From NCBI RefSeq assembly GCF_009914755.1, contig NC_060943.1: a stretch of DNA of 64,000 nucleotides, one strand, 5' to 3'. The translations under genes were made by a program, and so were the position numbers. Shown here one piece after another: positions 24,101 to 48,659 of this stretch (within the stretch, counting starts at the first letter, position 1; each line of letters opens with the position of its first letter). The DNA comes from the human T2T-CHM13v2.0 reference genome, Homo sapiens. Below the pieces are notes generated by a model that saw only the letters and a list, made by a program, of their open reading frames with translations, searched no databases and had not been told where the DNA came from.

Positions 24101-24650
24101 TCACAGGGAGGCTCACTGGGGCTCAGAGCGGGGACATTTTCACCAAGTTACCCTGAGAAGGTCTGAGATGAGTGAGAAGGTGTGTCTGAATTCTTACATG
24201 GAGGCCTGAAAGAGCTAATGGGAAGGGTTGGTCTTTATCACCCCTATCCTTGAAAATTAGAGAAGCATCTTTCATATACCTGGGCTAAAGAAACTTCTTT
24301 TGCAACGTTCTGATGCCACTGACTCCCAACATTTAATTCTTCCTTACAAGAAAATCACAGTAACATTTATAAACTGCAGAAGTGTGAACACACAGCTATT
24401 GACTGTGAAAACAGTGAAAGAAGTTCAACCGTAGAGCTAAGACATAAGCAAATTTTTTCAATCAAGAATACATGGGTGGCCAGGCATGGTGGCTCAGGCC
24501 TGTAATCCCAGCACTTTCGGAGGTCAAGGTGGGTGGCTCACCTAGGGTCACGAGTTCAAGACCAACCTGGCCAACATGGTGAAACCGCATCTCTACTAAA
24601 AATACAAAAAATTACCTGGTAGTGGTGGTGGGCACCTGTAATCCCAGCTA

Positions 24651-24839
<189 letters not shown>

Positions 24840-24856
24840 TCACATGAGTGGGTTCA

Positions 24857-25465
<609 letters not shown>

Positions 25466-26357
25466 TGATGTCCCTTTTAAAAAGTATTATGGGCTGGGTG
25501 TGGTAGCTCACACCTGTAATGCCAGCACTTTGGAAGGCCAAGGCGGGTGGGTCAATTGAGGTCGGAAGTTCAAGACCAGCCTAACATAGAGAAACCCTGT
25601 CTCTGCTAAAAATACAAAATTAGCTGGGCATGGTGGTGCATGCCTTTAATCCCAGCTACTTGGGAGACTAAGGCAAAAGAATCGCTTGAACCGGGGAAGT
25701 AGATGTTGTGGTGAGCCGAGATTGCGCCATTGCACTCCAGGGTGGGAAACAAAAGCGAAACTCCGTCTGAAAAAAAAAAAAAGTACTATGTAGGAGAAGC
25801 GTGGTGGCTCATCCCTGTAATCCCAGTACTTTGGGAGTCCAAACAGGAGGATCATTTAAGCCCGGGATTTTGAGACCAGCCTGGGAAACACAGTAAAACC
25901 CCATTTCTACAAAAAACAAAAACAAAAAAACAAAAAAAAACAAAACTAGCCGGGCTTGGTGGCTCACGCCTGTGGTCCCAACTACTTGGTAGGCTGAGGT
26001 AGGAGGACAGCTTGAGCCCAGGAGGTCGAGGCTACAGTTAGAGATCACGCCACTGCACTCCAGCCTGGGTGATAGAGCCAGACACTGTTTCAAAATATTA
26101 TTTAATTAATTAAATTAAAAGTCATATGTAATAACAGAAAGTGCTTTTGTCTCCCCACTTCACTGCCCCACTTCCTATGCCACCCTGGGAAAAGGGAAGA
26201 GAGTGACTCACAACTGAATAAGTCACTGCCCTCTGGCTGAATAGGGATTCCAAGTGGAAGCTGACCTCTGATGCCAAGATTTATAGAATGTACATGACTC
26301 ATAGATAGGAATTTTAAAATTCTCAATCTCATCTGTATAATTTAAACAAGTTTTTAG

Positions 26358-26753
<396 letters not shown>

Positions 26754-27189
26754 TAAACTCTCTCTTCCCTGTTAAACCCCCTGTCCCCACTCTCTGGCAC
26801 CCCCGACCTCCAGGTGTCCTCCCTGCTGTGGTTCTCCCTCTTGCCACCAGCACCACTCTGCTCTGTCTGCCCTGGCTCCAAATCCCTACTCCTCTCCCTC
26901 ACTCTGATGAGCCAGGTCCCCCTCTTTGCTGCCCCTCTCCCTACCTTGCTGTCCTTCATCTCTCTGTACATCTAGCTTCTCTCCACATTTCTCCAGTTTT
27001 CTCCTCCTGCTATCTTAACTTTTTCTTTTCACTCTTGCTGTCTCTTGGCAAATCCCTCACCCATCCTCCACCTTGCCATCTGTTATGGGCCTTTCTCATT
27101 GTTCTATTCTCTGTCTCGAGTTTTCTACTGCCCTTGCTCGGTCTCCTGATTCCTTTGGCCCACACAATCACAGGAGAGTTTTGAGTAAG

Positions 27190-28350
<1,161 letters not shown>

Positions 28351-28864
28351 TGGGTTTTGGAGACGAGACCTGCCAGGAAAGCTGAGGCATGATTCAAAAG
28401 CCCTGGAACTGTCTGGAAGGGGAATGCAAACCAGAATGTGAAATGCAAAGCCCTGCCTGGGCGGAACGTATTATTTCATGCTGACGACCACAGAACAGAA
28501 TAGAAATCCTCTCCCTTTCTATTCTCCACTCACTCAAGAGGGAGAGTCCACCCTGTGTCAGCTTCAGAGACTTCCCTAGAGCCACCGCCTGGGATGCGGG
28601 ATGGAGTGCTCAGGCCAGGGAGGAGTGAGGTCACCACCTGCTGGTTAAACACAGCAGAGATGCGGGCGCACAAGGGGGCGTGGGAGGGCGCGGGGTGGGA
28701 TCCTGAGTTCCCAGCTACTCAGGAAGCAGCGGCGGGAGGATCGCTGAGCCTGGGGCTCCAGGCCAGCCTGGGCGATAAAGTAACACCCCCTCCCGCAGGA
28801 CTCCCTTCCTCGTCACTCTCTCTCTGTTTTTTGTTTTGTTTTGTTTTTAAACTTTCGTAAATAA

Positions 28865-29176
<312 letters not shown>

Positions 29177-29269
29177 TAGAGACGAGGTTTAACAGTGTTG
29201 GCCAGGCTGGTCTCGAACTCCTGACTTTAAGTTATCTGCCTGCCTCAGCCTCCCAAAGTGCTGAGTTTA

Positions 29270-29899
<630 letters not shown>

Positions 29900-29905
29900 T
29901 CACTA

Positions 29906-30240
<335 letters not shown>

Positions 30241-30353
30241 TCAGTGGCTCACGCCTGAAATCCCAACACTTTGGGAGTCTGAGGAGGGAGGATCACTTGA
30301 GGCCAGGAGTTCCAGACCACCCTGGCCAATATGGTGAAACCCCATCTCTACTA

Positions 30354-30503
<150 letters not shown>

Positions 30504-30735
30504 TCATCAAAGAATTTTTTCTAAAATCTCAAAATGGTGTCTGAATACATTTCTGTAGGACTTACGCTGACTTGCCACAGAACTCTCAGCAGTGATTCCC
30601 CATTGAGCCATGGGAACGGGTGGAAGGCTGGACAGGAAAGGGGATGCGTAAGTGAACTTTTCTTTGAATTTTTACTACACAACACATATATACATTGTGT
30701 GGTCTTTAAAATTTAAAAAAATTAATAATGGGTAG

Positions 30736-31080
<345 letters not shown>

Positions 31081-31413
31081 TGATCCGCCCGCCTCGGCCT
31101 CCCAAAGTGCTGGGATTACAGGCGTGAGCCGCCGCGCCCAGCCAAAAAAGAAAACTTTAATAACTTTAAACATCAGCCATCACACGGTGTGTGTGCGTGT
31201 GTGTGTGTGTGTGTAAATAATCTAGGTAAACTACAAAATTAGCCGGGTAAATGTAATGGAATACATGCTTGTAAACAAACTTGTCATAATTTGTGATCTA
31301 AGGTTATTATTTGACATTAGCAATCTGGGTAATTTCCAGTTTAAGAATTACAGGGGCCGTGGTGGCTCAACCCTGTAATCCCAGCACTTTGGGAGGCCGA
31401 GGCGGGCGGATCA

Positions 31414-31629
<216 letters not shown>

Positions 31630-31857
31630 CTACGTCTAAAAACAAACAAACTCAGTCTAAAAACAAACGAACAAAAAAACAACAACAAAAAAAAAAAGAA
31701 GAAGAGAAAATACAGTTACAAATTTTCTAAATAAATGTCCTGAGAAAAGAAAGGAAGGGAAAGTTGTCCTTCACCTCCAGTGTGCAATAGGCAGTTCCAC
31801 ATGCAGGTCACCCTCCATGTTCCATTATCCGCTCAAACAACACAGGACCTCGCTTAA

Positions 31858-32064
<207 letters not shown>

Positions 32065-32441
32065 TAGCAGAGACGGGGTTTCACCGTGTTAGCCAGGATG
32101 GTCTCGATCTCCTGAACTCGTGATCCACCCGCCTCGGCCTCCCAAAGTGCTGGGATTACAGGAGTGAGCCACCGCGCCCGGCCCCTTAAGCTGTTCTAAT
32201 TCTCAGTCCTGGCTGCAACCAGCGCCACACTCCACCCTTTTACCGAGGTCCTTGCCCCTCGCCCTCCCCCTACCCCAGCTACCCCAGGCTGCGGGGAGCT
32301 CGCCCCGCCTGCAGGACGGGCGTCTTTACCTGCTCACAAAAGGCACTTTGCATTTAAACCATTTTCAAATTAAGAAGAAAAACAGGTAATTCCAGCACTT
32401 TCGGAGGCCGAGGAGGGCGGATCACCTGAGGTAAAGAGTTA

Positions 32442-32642
<201 letters not shown>

Positions 32643-33444
32643 TTAAGAAAAAAAAAGAAAAGAAAAGCTACCAGTTACACAGCAGGGCTCCTCAGAAAGC
32701 AGGGGGAACACCTGTTTCAAGTTTTTCTTGTATAGGGGCCTACGTAAAAGCTAACTGCCGGTGGGCTGATGGTGTGACAAAACTTACTACTTTGTTGATT
32801 TAAAACGATCCTTGGTATTTTAGTGTGCAAGTACTTGAAAGCATGGCTGTAATTATCTTAGAAGCACACATTGTCATGAGATATTGGGTCATGTGGACAT
32901 TGTGTTTCTGTAGGAGTTTGTCCTTGCAAATATCATTAAGCTGCTTTCCTTAACCATTAACATCTTATGACTTTGACTCGCGCAGTAAGGAGTACGTTTT
33001 CCTAGTTTTAATGGACTTGAGCTTTGACATCCTGGTTCTCCTAGGTTCCTGCTTAACAGTGTATCCACTCATGCACCACAGAGTCTCAGCACCATTATGG
33101 AAGACACCACTCTAGTAATATATCAAAGACAGACTGAGCATCTACTCCAATAACATAAATAGTAATAGCAATGCTACGGAAAATATTAGGAAGTTTAATG
33201 TATGTATACAATTGATCATTTATTATTTTCAGTTTTATATTGGCTAAAACTACATTGGATGGGTTATTTTAATCAAATATTAGAAATATCTTTCAAAACT
33301 GCGATCTAATATAAACACACACAGTTTGAGACCATTTCCTCTATGTTCAATATATATGAAAGAGTTCAGATTTATGAACTTATTTTATGTTTTTCATTAG
33401 ATCTAGTTTGTTTTCTATCTTGATTTCTTCTGTGTTCATGAGCT

Positions 33445-34150
<706 letters not shown>

Positions 34151-34604
34151 CTAATATTGCTATGTCATTAATTTCTAAATATATTGTAATTTCAAATTCA
34201 CCATGTGCATTCTGTAATAAGACAAATTTCATTTTAAAATTGTAACGTATTTTAGATATTTTCTTTGTTTTCTGTTTCTCAATGTTCTGTCACGTGTGGA
34301 TAGCAAAGCCAATAAAATACTCTTCAGAAGTCATTTAGATTTATTTTCCCTTAGAGAAAAAATAATTTTGCAATATTTCTAAAGATAAATGGCAGGCAAG
34401 TTATTTTCTTTCATAGGAACTCTCAAGAAAGGACAACTCGGCCAGGCGCACTGGCTCATGCCTGTAATCCCAGCACTTTGGGAGGCAGAGGCAGGGGGAT
34501 CACGAGGTCAAGAGGTCGAGGCCATCCTGGCTAACACGGTGAAACCCCGTTTCCACTAAAAATTAGCTGGATGTGGTGGTGCGCACTCTAGTCCCAGCTA
34601 CTCA

Positions 34605-34757
<153 letters not shown>

Positions 34758-35069
34758 TCAGGCAATAATTCCATGGCAATCTCCAACTTAACATGTAATA
34801 TGGAAGTATGTTTTCCTGTCACAGCATTATAATTCTGTATTATGCAATATTGCTAAGTAGCCAAAAAAGAACACTGAGCCTGGACTTCCATGCTTCCATG
34901 CAAAAAAAAAAAAAAAGAATTGATTGTGACAGTTTTTGTTAACCTCAGAACGGTAGACAAGAAGCTGATTGTAGCGGAAAGTCATGATTCCATTTTGTAT
35001 ATGTAAAGTTTTGTTGCTTCTAGAAATGTCAAGGAAGCAACATGGACATACTGATTCACAAGAAATTTA

Positions 35070-35240
<171 letters not shown>

Positions 35241-35257
35241 CTAATCCCAGCTACTCA

Positions 35258-35362
<105 letters not shown>

Positions 35363-35441
35363 TCAAAAAAAAAAAAAAAAAAAAGGATTTTCTTAATCAC
35401 AGAAAGATTTTGACATATACATCCTTGTAATATCATTATAA

Positions 35442-35645
<204 letters not shown>

Positions 35646-36898
35646 TAATTTTTGTATTTTTTAGTAGAGATGGGTTTCGCCAAGTTGCCCAGGTTGGTTT
35701 CTGACTCCTGGGCTCAAGCCATCTGGCCGCCTTTGCTTTCAAACGTGCTGGGATTACAGGCATGAGCCACCATGCCTGAAACTACTTTCATCTATTGAGC
35801 TTATATTATAGCCAGTGTCACAGGAAAAAGCATGTGCATATTCTAACACAGACGGAACAATGAAAATGTTTACTACTGGGCCGGGCGCGGTGGCTCATGC
35901 CTGTAATCCCAGCACTTTGGGAGGCTGAGGCAGGTGGATCACAAGGTCAGGAAATCGAGACCATCCTGGCTAACATGGTGAAACCCCATCTCTACTAAAA
36001 ATACAAAAAATTAGCTGGGCGCGGTGGTGAGCACCTGTAGTCCCAGCTACTCAGGAGGCTGAGGCAAGAGAATGGTGTGAACCCGGGAGGCGGAGCTTGC
36101 AGTGAGCCGAGATTGCACCACTGCACTCCGGCCTGGGCGAAACAGAGAGACTCCGTCTCAAAAAAAAAAAAAAAAAGAAAACTAAAAAGAAAATGTTTAC
36201 TACTGTCAAAAAACAAATTTAGATATTGGTTAGATTTTATTCAAAAGGTATATTGCAATAGGGAAAATGCTCCAACCCCAAGATCTGCAAATATATGAGT
36301 TGCACAGAAAAGGGCTTCTCTTTTATAAGGAGAAGGAAGCAAGGTTAGAAAGCGCCAGGTACAGGGCAGTGGATAAGCATCTGCTGTGACCTATTCAGTG
36401 AATATTTTATCCTAAGGTCAGCTTACTCTTGGGATGGGACATTAAAAAGGCAAAGTTGGGCTGGACGCCATGGCTCATGCCTGTAATCCTAGCACTTTGG
36501 GACACCAAGGCGGGTGGATCGCTTGAGGACGGGAGTTCAAGACCAGCCTGGCCAACATGGTGAAACCCTGTCTCTACTAAAAATAAAAAAATTAGCTGGG
36601 GGTGGTGGCACAGGTCTGTAATCCCAGCTACTGGGGAGTTTGAGGCAGGAGAATCACTTCAACCCGGGAGGCAGAGCTTGCAGTAAGCCAAGACTCCATC
36701 TCTAAAACAAACAAACAAACAAAGAGAAGTTGTTCTCAATCACAGTGCCCATATGTGGTTAAGAAATAGAGGTTGTTAGCCGGGCACGGCGGCTCATGCC
36801 TGTAATCGCAGCACTTTGAGAGGCCAAGGCAGGTGGATCACCTGAGGTCAGGAGTTCGAGACCAGCCTGACCAACATGGAGAAACCCTGTCTCTACTA

Positions 36899-37144
<246 letters not shown>

Positions 37145-37732
37145 TCAGGGGCTTGGAGAAACAGGGAAGCCTAAGGTTTGAGTAAGTTAAGAAGCATTGT
37201 TTCCACCATCAGTGAGAAATCCTTGATGAGACAAACCGTGGGAATTTGGAGTTTTTTCTTATGTAAACAAAGAGGGTAAGCTTTGAAGTAAGCTGTTTCT
37301 AGGGAAAACAAAAACAAGGGATTGGGCAGGGGAGTGGTTTCCGGTGGGTTTTATTTGTTTTTTTGTTTGTTTGTTTTTGTTTTTGTTTTTGTTTTGCTTT
37401 TGCCCTAGAGGCCTCAAGAGGCCTGGGGAACATGTGCTCCTCTGGTGGTTTCTTCAATCTTTGCTATTTCTTCAACCCTTTACTAGGTTTACAGGGTTGT
37501 AATAAACTTCAACACTGTCACCACACGTAACATAAAACAAAATTTAAAAAATAATAAATATAGGCCAGGCGCAGTGGCTCACACCTGTAATCCCAGCACT
37601 TTGGGAGGCCGAGGCAGGCGGATCACCTGAGATCAGGAGCGAGACCAGCCTCACCAATATGAAGAAACTCCGTCTCTACTAAAAATATACAAAATAGCCA
37701 GGTGTGGTGGTGCATGCCTGTAATCCCAACTA

Positions 37733-37888
<156 letters not shown>

Positions 37889-38510
37889 CTAAAAATAGGA
37901 ACAATAGCGATGTTGCCCCATACCTCAGTTTTTGAATGGAACGAAAGGGCCTTGAGTGTTCATTTTGGCTGTGTGTTATTCATTCCTATCACATACAAGA
38001 GACATTAGTAATTATTGGAAGATATGGCTCTAAATCTCTAAATTCAGGGGTCTGTGTAACTGTTAAATTGAACAGAAACCTAGAGATATATTAAGACAAA
38101 TAGTGGGCTGGGTGCGATGGCTCACACCTGTAATCCTAGTACTTTGGGAAACTGAGGCGGGTGAACTGCCTGAGCTCAGGAGTTTGAGACCAGCCTGAGC
38201 AACATGGTGAAACCCTATCTCAAGTAAAAATACAAAAAAATTAGCCAGGCGTGGTGGTGTGAGCCTGTAATCCCAGCTAATCGGGAGGCTGAGGCAGGAG
38301 AATTGCTTGAACCTACCTGGGAGGCAGAGGTTGCAGTGAGCCAAGATCACACCACTGCACTCCAACCTGGGTGACAGAGCGAGACTCTGTCTCCAAAAGA
38401 AAAAGAAAAAGAAAAATGGTGTTTCCTTTTCCATTTTCCTGCTGACCATGGAAAAACACACTCTCACAGTTTTATCAATTCTTTGGTAACAATTACAAAA
38501 TGCAAGCACT

Positions 38511-40745
<2,235 letters not shown>

Positions 40746-40995
40746 CTAAATTTTCTTGACATCCCTTTTTATACCAGTGGAGCCCTGATGAAGACACTTA
40801 ATAGAAGTTTTCTCTCTATCAGAGAAATAAGTTGATGAGAATAAACTCAACGAAGGTGAAAATTCTGTTTTTTTCTGTGACCTGGGGGAAAAAGCTTAAG
40901 GTGAATTTACATTCAGATTGGTTATACAGAGAGAACATACAGAAGTGGATGAACTCGGTGTAATTAAGTTTTTCTATCCACAAACCAGGTGAAAG

Positions 40996-42265
<1,270 letters not shown>

Positions 42266-42267
42266 TC

Positions 42268-42285
42268 TGGTGTTTTCCCCTGGTG
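42268..42285 (+). promoter_or_regulatory. Primer-binding site, tRNA-Val
   Basis: TGGTGTTTTCCCCTGGTG lies 2 nt after the LTR end and is a 14/18 match to the complement of the tRNA-Val 3' end (TGGTGTTTCCGCCCGGTT). Confidence 0.8.
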
Positions 42286-42303
42286 GCCTGTGAACTGTTC
42301 TTC

Positions 42304-42312
42304 TGGGTAAGT
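42304..42312 (+). promoter_or_regulatory. Candidate major splice donor of HERV-V1
   Basis: TGG|GTAAGT, a perfect intronic consensus ~20 nt downstream of the PBS, the usual position of the retroviral major donor. Confidence 0.65.
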
Positions 42313-42672
42313 GCCAAAAAGCTGGTGCCAGATCCTCTGGTTGACGACCTCTGCTTCTTTCTGCACTGAAGAACCTCCTGCCCTAATGCAGATCTTGCAG
42401 CCTTAAGGGGAGGGGCTTTTCCTCTCGGGCTCTGTTCACTATCAACTGCCCAGTACCATTTCCCTTCAGCCACTGTCACTCTGCTCCCTCTGGCTGACTT
42501 CTCAGCTCACCCTGAGGGGTGACAAGCAGAGGAGGGAGGATTTAAACTCCACAGTGAGTAGATCTGAGACACGGTGACCCTCCCTGCAGGAGGCTTGTGA
42601 AGGTGGCAGAAAATCCACCCTGGCTGTGCAGTGACTGGGGAGCTTCATATCTTCAACTAAAACTACTATTCC

Positions 42673-43653
42673 ATGTTGAGTCGGCTCTTCTACTTGCTGT
42701 TCATGGCAGTTCATTCTCCTGGACACAATATGCCGCCACCGGTGAATAATCCCCCAGGTCACTCTGCTTACTCTTTGCTGTCCCTGTCCTCGTCGCCGGG
42801 CTTCCTTGAATTCCTCCTTCGTGTACAAGTGCCTTGTCTGTCCTGCTTGTCTGGGACCTGCTGCGTTTGCTTCACTGCCAATCGCCGGAGGCCTGCCCGG
42901 GCCTGTGAGGAAGTTTATACTTATTTTTTCCCTAGAGATGAGACCCAGCTTCGTCCTTTCAGTTGCCTCCTTTCTCACTGCAGGGACCGGCACTGGCAGG
43001 ATGCTCGCTTACAGGCATCCCTCGTTTACTATCGGGTCCTTCTCCGCCCGACTACTCTTCAAGAATGCCTCATTCTGTGGCTCCTCAAGCGAGCTGTCTG
43101 GTTCCTCCGGATGGTCATTTATAGGCCTCTTTCTCAGACCCCAGTTTCTCTTTACAACCGGGGTTTCCTGTGGGTCAATGGGAAGTTCTTCATCCGCCTC
43201 CTCAAGCCATTGTTACAGACCTGTACGGCAGTCAGGTGCTTTTTGTATTATGTTGAAAAAGCTGACAGAAAATGCCCCCGGCACTCCCCTTGCTGCTTAT
43301 GTGATCATATCAGGGACGTAAAAAACCAGAATCAACAGCCCAGTCCACTAACTCTGAGCCCCAGGGGCCTTCCATGCCTGTTTAAGCATTTTTTCTGTAT
43401 GATCCCCAAGGAACCTACTATGACCAGGGGAAGATATCAAATTTACCTCCATTCCTCTAACCATCTGTATGCATTAATCCAATATTATCATGCATTAAGG
43501 GGACCTTACCATGGAGTCCCTTCTCTGCAGACTTTAGCAGGGGCAGAACTACTGGACTTCTTGCAGAACCAAGGTCACTGGGAATATGAGAGACAAGAGA
43601 ACTACTCCCATGCCCGACGTTCTTACATGCTTCCTGGCCCAACACAGAGGTGA
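42673..43653 (+). CDS. Leader ORF upstream of gag (pre-gagV1-like), 326 aa, Cys-rich, no recognisable domain
   Basis: Uninterrupted ATG...TGA ORF of 981 nt between the PBS and gag, in a different frame from gag. The start codon actually used is uncertain (several Met). I recall a pre-gag ORF being reported for this provirus. Confidence 0.62.
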   Translation: MLSRLFYLLFMAVHSPGHNMPPPVNNPPGHSAYSLLSLSSSPGFLEFLLRVQVPCLSCLSGTCCVCFTANRRRPARACEEVYTYFFPRDETQLRPFSCLLSHCRDRHWQDARLQASLVYYRVLLRPTTLQECLILWLLKRAVWFLRMVIYRPLSQTPVSLYNRGFLWVNGKFFIRLLKPLLQTCTAVRCFLYYVEKADRKCPRHSPCCLCDHIRDVKNQNQQPSPLTLSPRGLPCLFKHFFCMIPKEPTMTRGRYQIYLHSSNHLYALIQYYHALRGPYHGVPSLQTLAGAELLDFLQNQGHWEYERQENYSHARRSYMLPGPTQR

Positions 43654-43915
43654 GAAAGGCGTCCCTCCTAGGCATCAATCCTAGGAAATCTAAGAAAGGC
43701 TTCTGAGCAAAATGAGATACAGGGAGACAATGGATGGTGCAAATGCTAAGGCTAGCTAATTCTGGAGCCCCAGGGTGAAGAACCAATCATCCCTGTAAAT
43801 AGAGGCATGGACACTTCACCTAGGCCAAGGTGTGGAATGCCTCACCTTCCTGAGGCACCCAATAGGTGGAGAGATGCCTTCTCTATCCTATATTCATTCC
43901 TGTCTTCTCTTTCAG

Positions 43916-45367
43916 ATGGGTAACCAGAGCTCCGTACCCCAGGATTCCCCTCTCGGATGCATCCTTAGAAACTGGGATAAGTTTGATCCCCAGGCATTGA
44001 AACGAAAAAGATTGGTTTTTCTTTGCAATACAGTTTGGCCAAAATATGAACTAGAAGGGCAGGAAGCCTGGCCAGTGGGGGGAAGCTTAAATGTTAATAC
44101 CATACTCCAGCTTGACGTCTACTGCCGACAGCAGCGCAAATGGTCAGAGGTCCCTTATGTGCAAACCTTCATGATCTTGAGGGAAAACCCCGATTTTTGT
44201 AAAGGCTGCAAGATAGATCCTGCCCTTTTAGCTATCCTCAGTCGTCCACTCCAGAGACCTCAACCAGGAGGCTTCAATGATTTCCTGGTCAACCCACCTC
44301 AACCTCCTCTTCCTGAGACCAAAGAGAAAGAGCAAGCACCCCCAGCTCCTTCCTCCTTGTATCGCACTCTTAGCCTTCATGGGTCAGCCTCAACCTACAC
44401 TAGGCCCTCAGGCCCCCGCTCTGGAATCTGCCTGCTACCAGTGGTGAGCCGACCAGTAGGACCAGTCCAAGTCCAGGTCCCCTTTTCCATGCAGGACTTG
44501 TCCCAAGTTAAGGAAGGCCTGGGAAAATTCTCAGAGAATCCGGGAAAATTCCTGGAGGGCTTCCGTAAATTAACCCTCACTTTTGAACTAACCTGGAAGG
44601 ATGTCGCCATCCTCCTAGGACAAACCCTGTCTCTGGAAGAAAGACAGACCATCTGGGAGGCAGCACGTCAATGCGGGGATGAGCTACACTTGGCAGATGC
44701 CAACTACCCCGTGGGAGCTACAGCTGTCCCCCTGCAGGACCCCAACTGGGACTACGATACCCCGGCAGGAATCTGCGCCAGAAATCATATGCTCCTATGC
44801 CTGATAGAGGGAATGAAAAGGAGTCAAGTCAAGCCTGTCAATTATAATAAGTTAGCAACCATCGACCAAGGGCCACATGAGAATCCCACGGCCTTTCTCG
44901 AAAGGCTCCAGGAAACTCTTATCAAACATACCAACCTAGACCCGGGATCCCCAGAAGGACAACTAGTCCTAAAGGATCACTTCCTCACACAAGCTGCCCC
45001 AGACATTAGGAGAAAACTGCGAATGCTGGCTTTGGGAACTAGAGCCCCCATGTCAGAAATCCTCAAATTCGCTTCCTCAGTGTTTTATAACCGAGACCAG
45101 GATGAAAGGGACAGGGCCGAGAGGAAGGAAAAACAGAAAGAAGAGAGGCAGGCTCAATTACTAGCTGCTTTGCAAGTTCACCAGCCCCCTCCAGGTTGCC
45201 CTAAGGATACCTTCCCAGGGAACTGCTATCAGTGCGGGAAGCCGGGCCATTGGAAGGCAAACTGCCCCTACGGGCCAAGGGGGGAAAAGCCCTGCACGGC
45301 CTGTCCCCTCTGCCGTAAGCTCAGGTACTGGAAAGAGAACTGTCCCGAGAGCCAAAAGGGCCCCTGA
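43916..45367 (+). CDS. Intact retroviral Gag (gagV1), 483 aa: MA-CA-NC
   Basis: Starts MGNQSS (myristoylation consensus MGxxxS). MA: SPLGCILRNWDKF...LVFLCNTVWP. Pro-rich linker. CA with MHR IDQGPHENPTAFLERLQETL. NC knuckle CYQCGKPGHWKANC plus a degenerate CPLCRKLRYWKENC. The ORF-track start (43832, GTG) is 28 codons upstream. Confidence 0.88.
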   Translation: MGNQSSVPQDSPLGCILRNWDKFDPQALKRKRLVFLCNTVWPKYELEGQEAWPVGGSLNVNTILQLDVYCRQQRKWSEVPYVQTFMILRENPDFCKGCKIDPALLAILSRPLQRPQPGGFNDFLVNPPQPPLPETKEKEQAPPAPSSLYRTLSLHGSASTYTRPSGPRSGICLLPVVSRPVGPVQVQVPFSMQDLSQVKEGLGKFSENPGKFLEGFRKLTLTFELTWKDVAILLGQTLSLEERQTIWEAARQCGDELHLADANYPVGATAVPLQDPNWDYDTPAGICARNHMLLCLIEGMKRSQVKPVNYNKLATIDQGPHENPTAFLERLQETLIKHTNLDPGSPEGQLVLKDHFLTQAAPDIRRKLRMLALGTRAPMSEILKFASSVFYNRDQDERDRAERKEKQKEERQAQLLAALQVHQPPPGCPKDTFPGNCYQCGKPGHWKANCPYGPRGEKPCTACPLCRKLRYWKENCPESQKGP

Positions 45368-45399
45368 GCCAATGATGGCTTTGAGCTGAGGGTGCCCTC

Positions 45400-48330
<2,931 letters not shown>

Positions 48331-48659
48331 TGTGAGAAGGTCCCGAAGAACCAACAACAGAATCAGCATCTGAGTAGTCTCATGAGCCAGCCACTGGAGA
48401 GCTTCCAATTCCTCTTCAAGTGAAAAGATAAGTAAAGCCTTCTCTCCTTTCACCTCAAAAAAAGGTCTCTCAGTACGGGGAATCTTGGTTGCGGTGGCAT
48501 CGGTTCTTCTCCTTATTTTGACCCACACTGGCATGCCACCTGAAGTCCCGATAACAGCCTGATTTCTCACTAAACACTCCATCGAACCATTTCATTATTT
48601 GTCTCTCCTATTTTCAGCACTTTCCTTTTGCTTTCACAAAGCTTAAGGGAGAATCAGCT

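Noticed and set aside
43832-43915. ORF-track 511-aa Gag start
   Set aside because: Begins at GTG. Homology and the MGxxxS motif place the start at ATG 43916; only ATG 43874 is a plausible alternative.
43649-43916. Possible spliced pre-gag/Gag fusion protein
   Set aside because: The junction leaves AG+A, putting gag out of frame, and a stop follows within about 28 codons.
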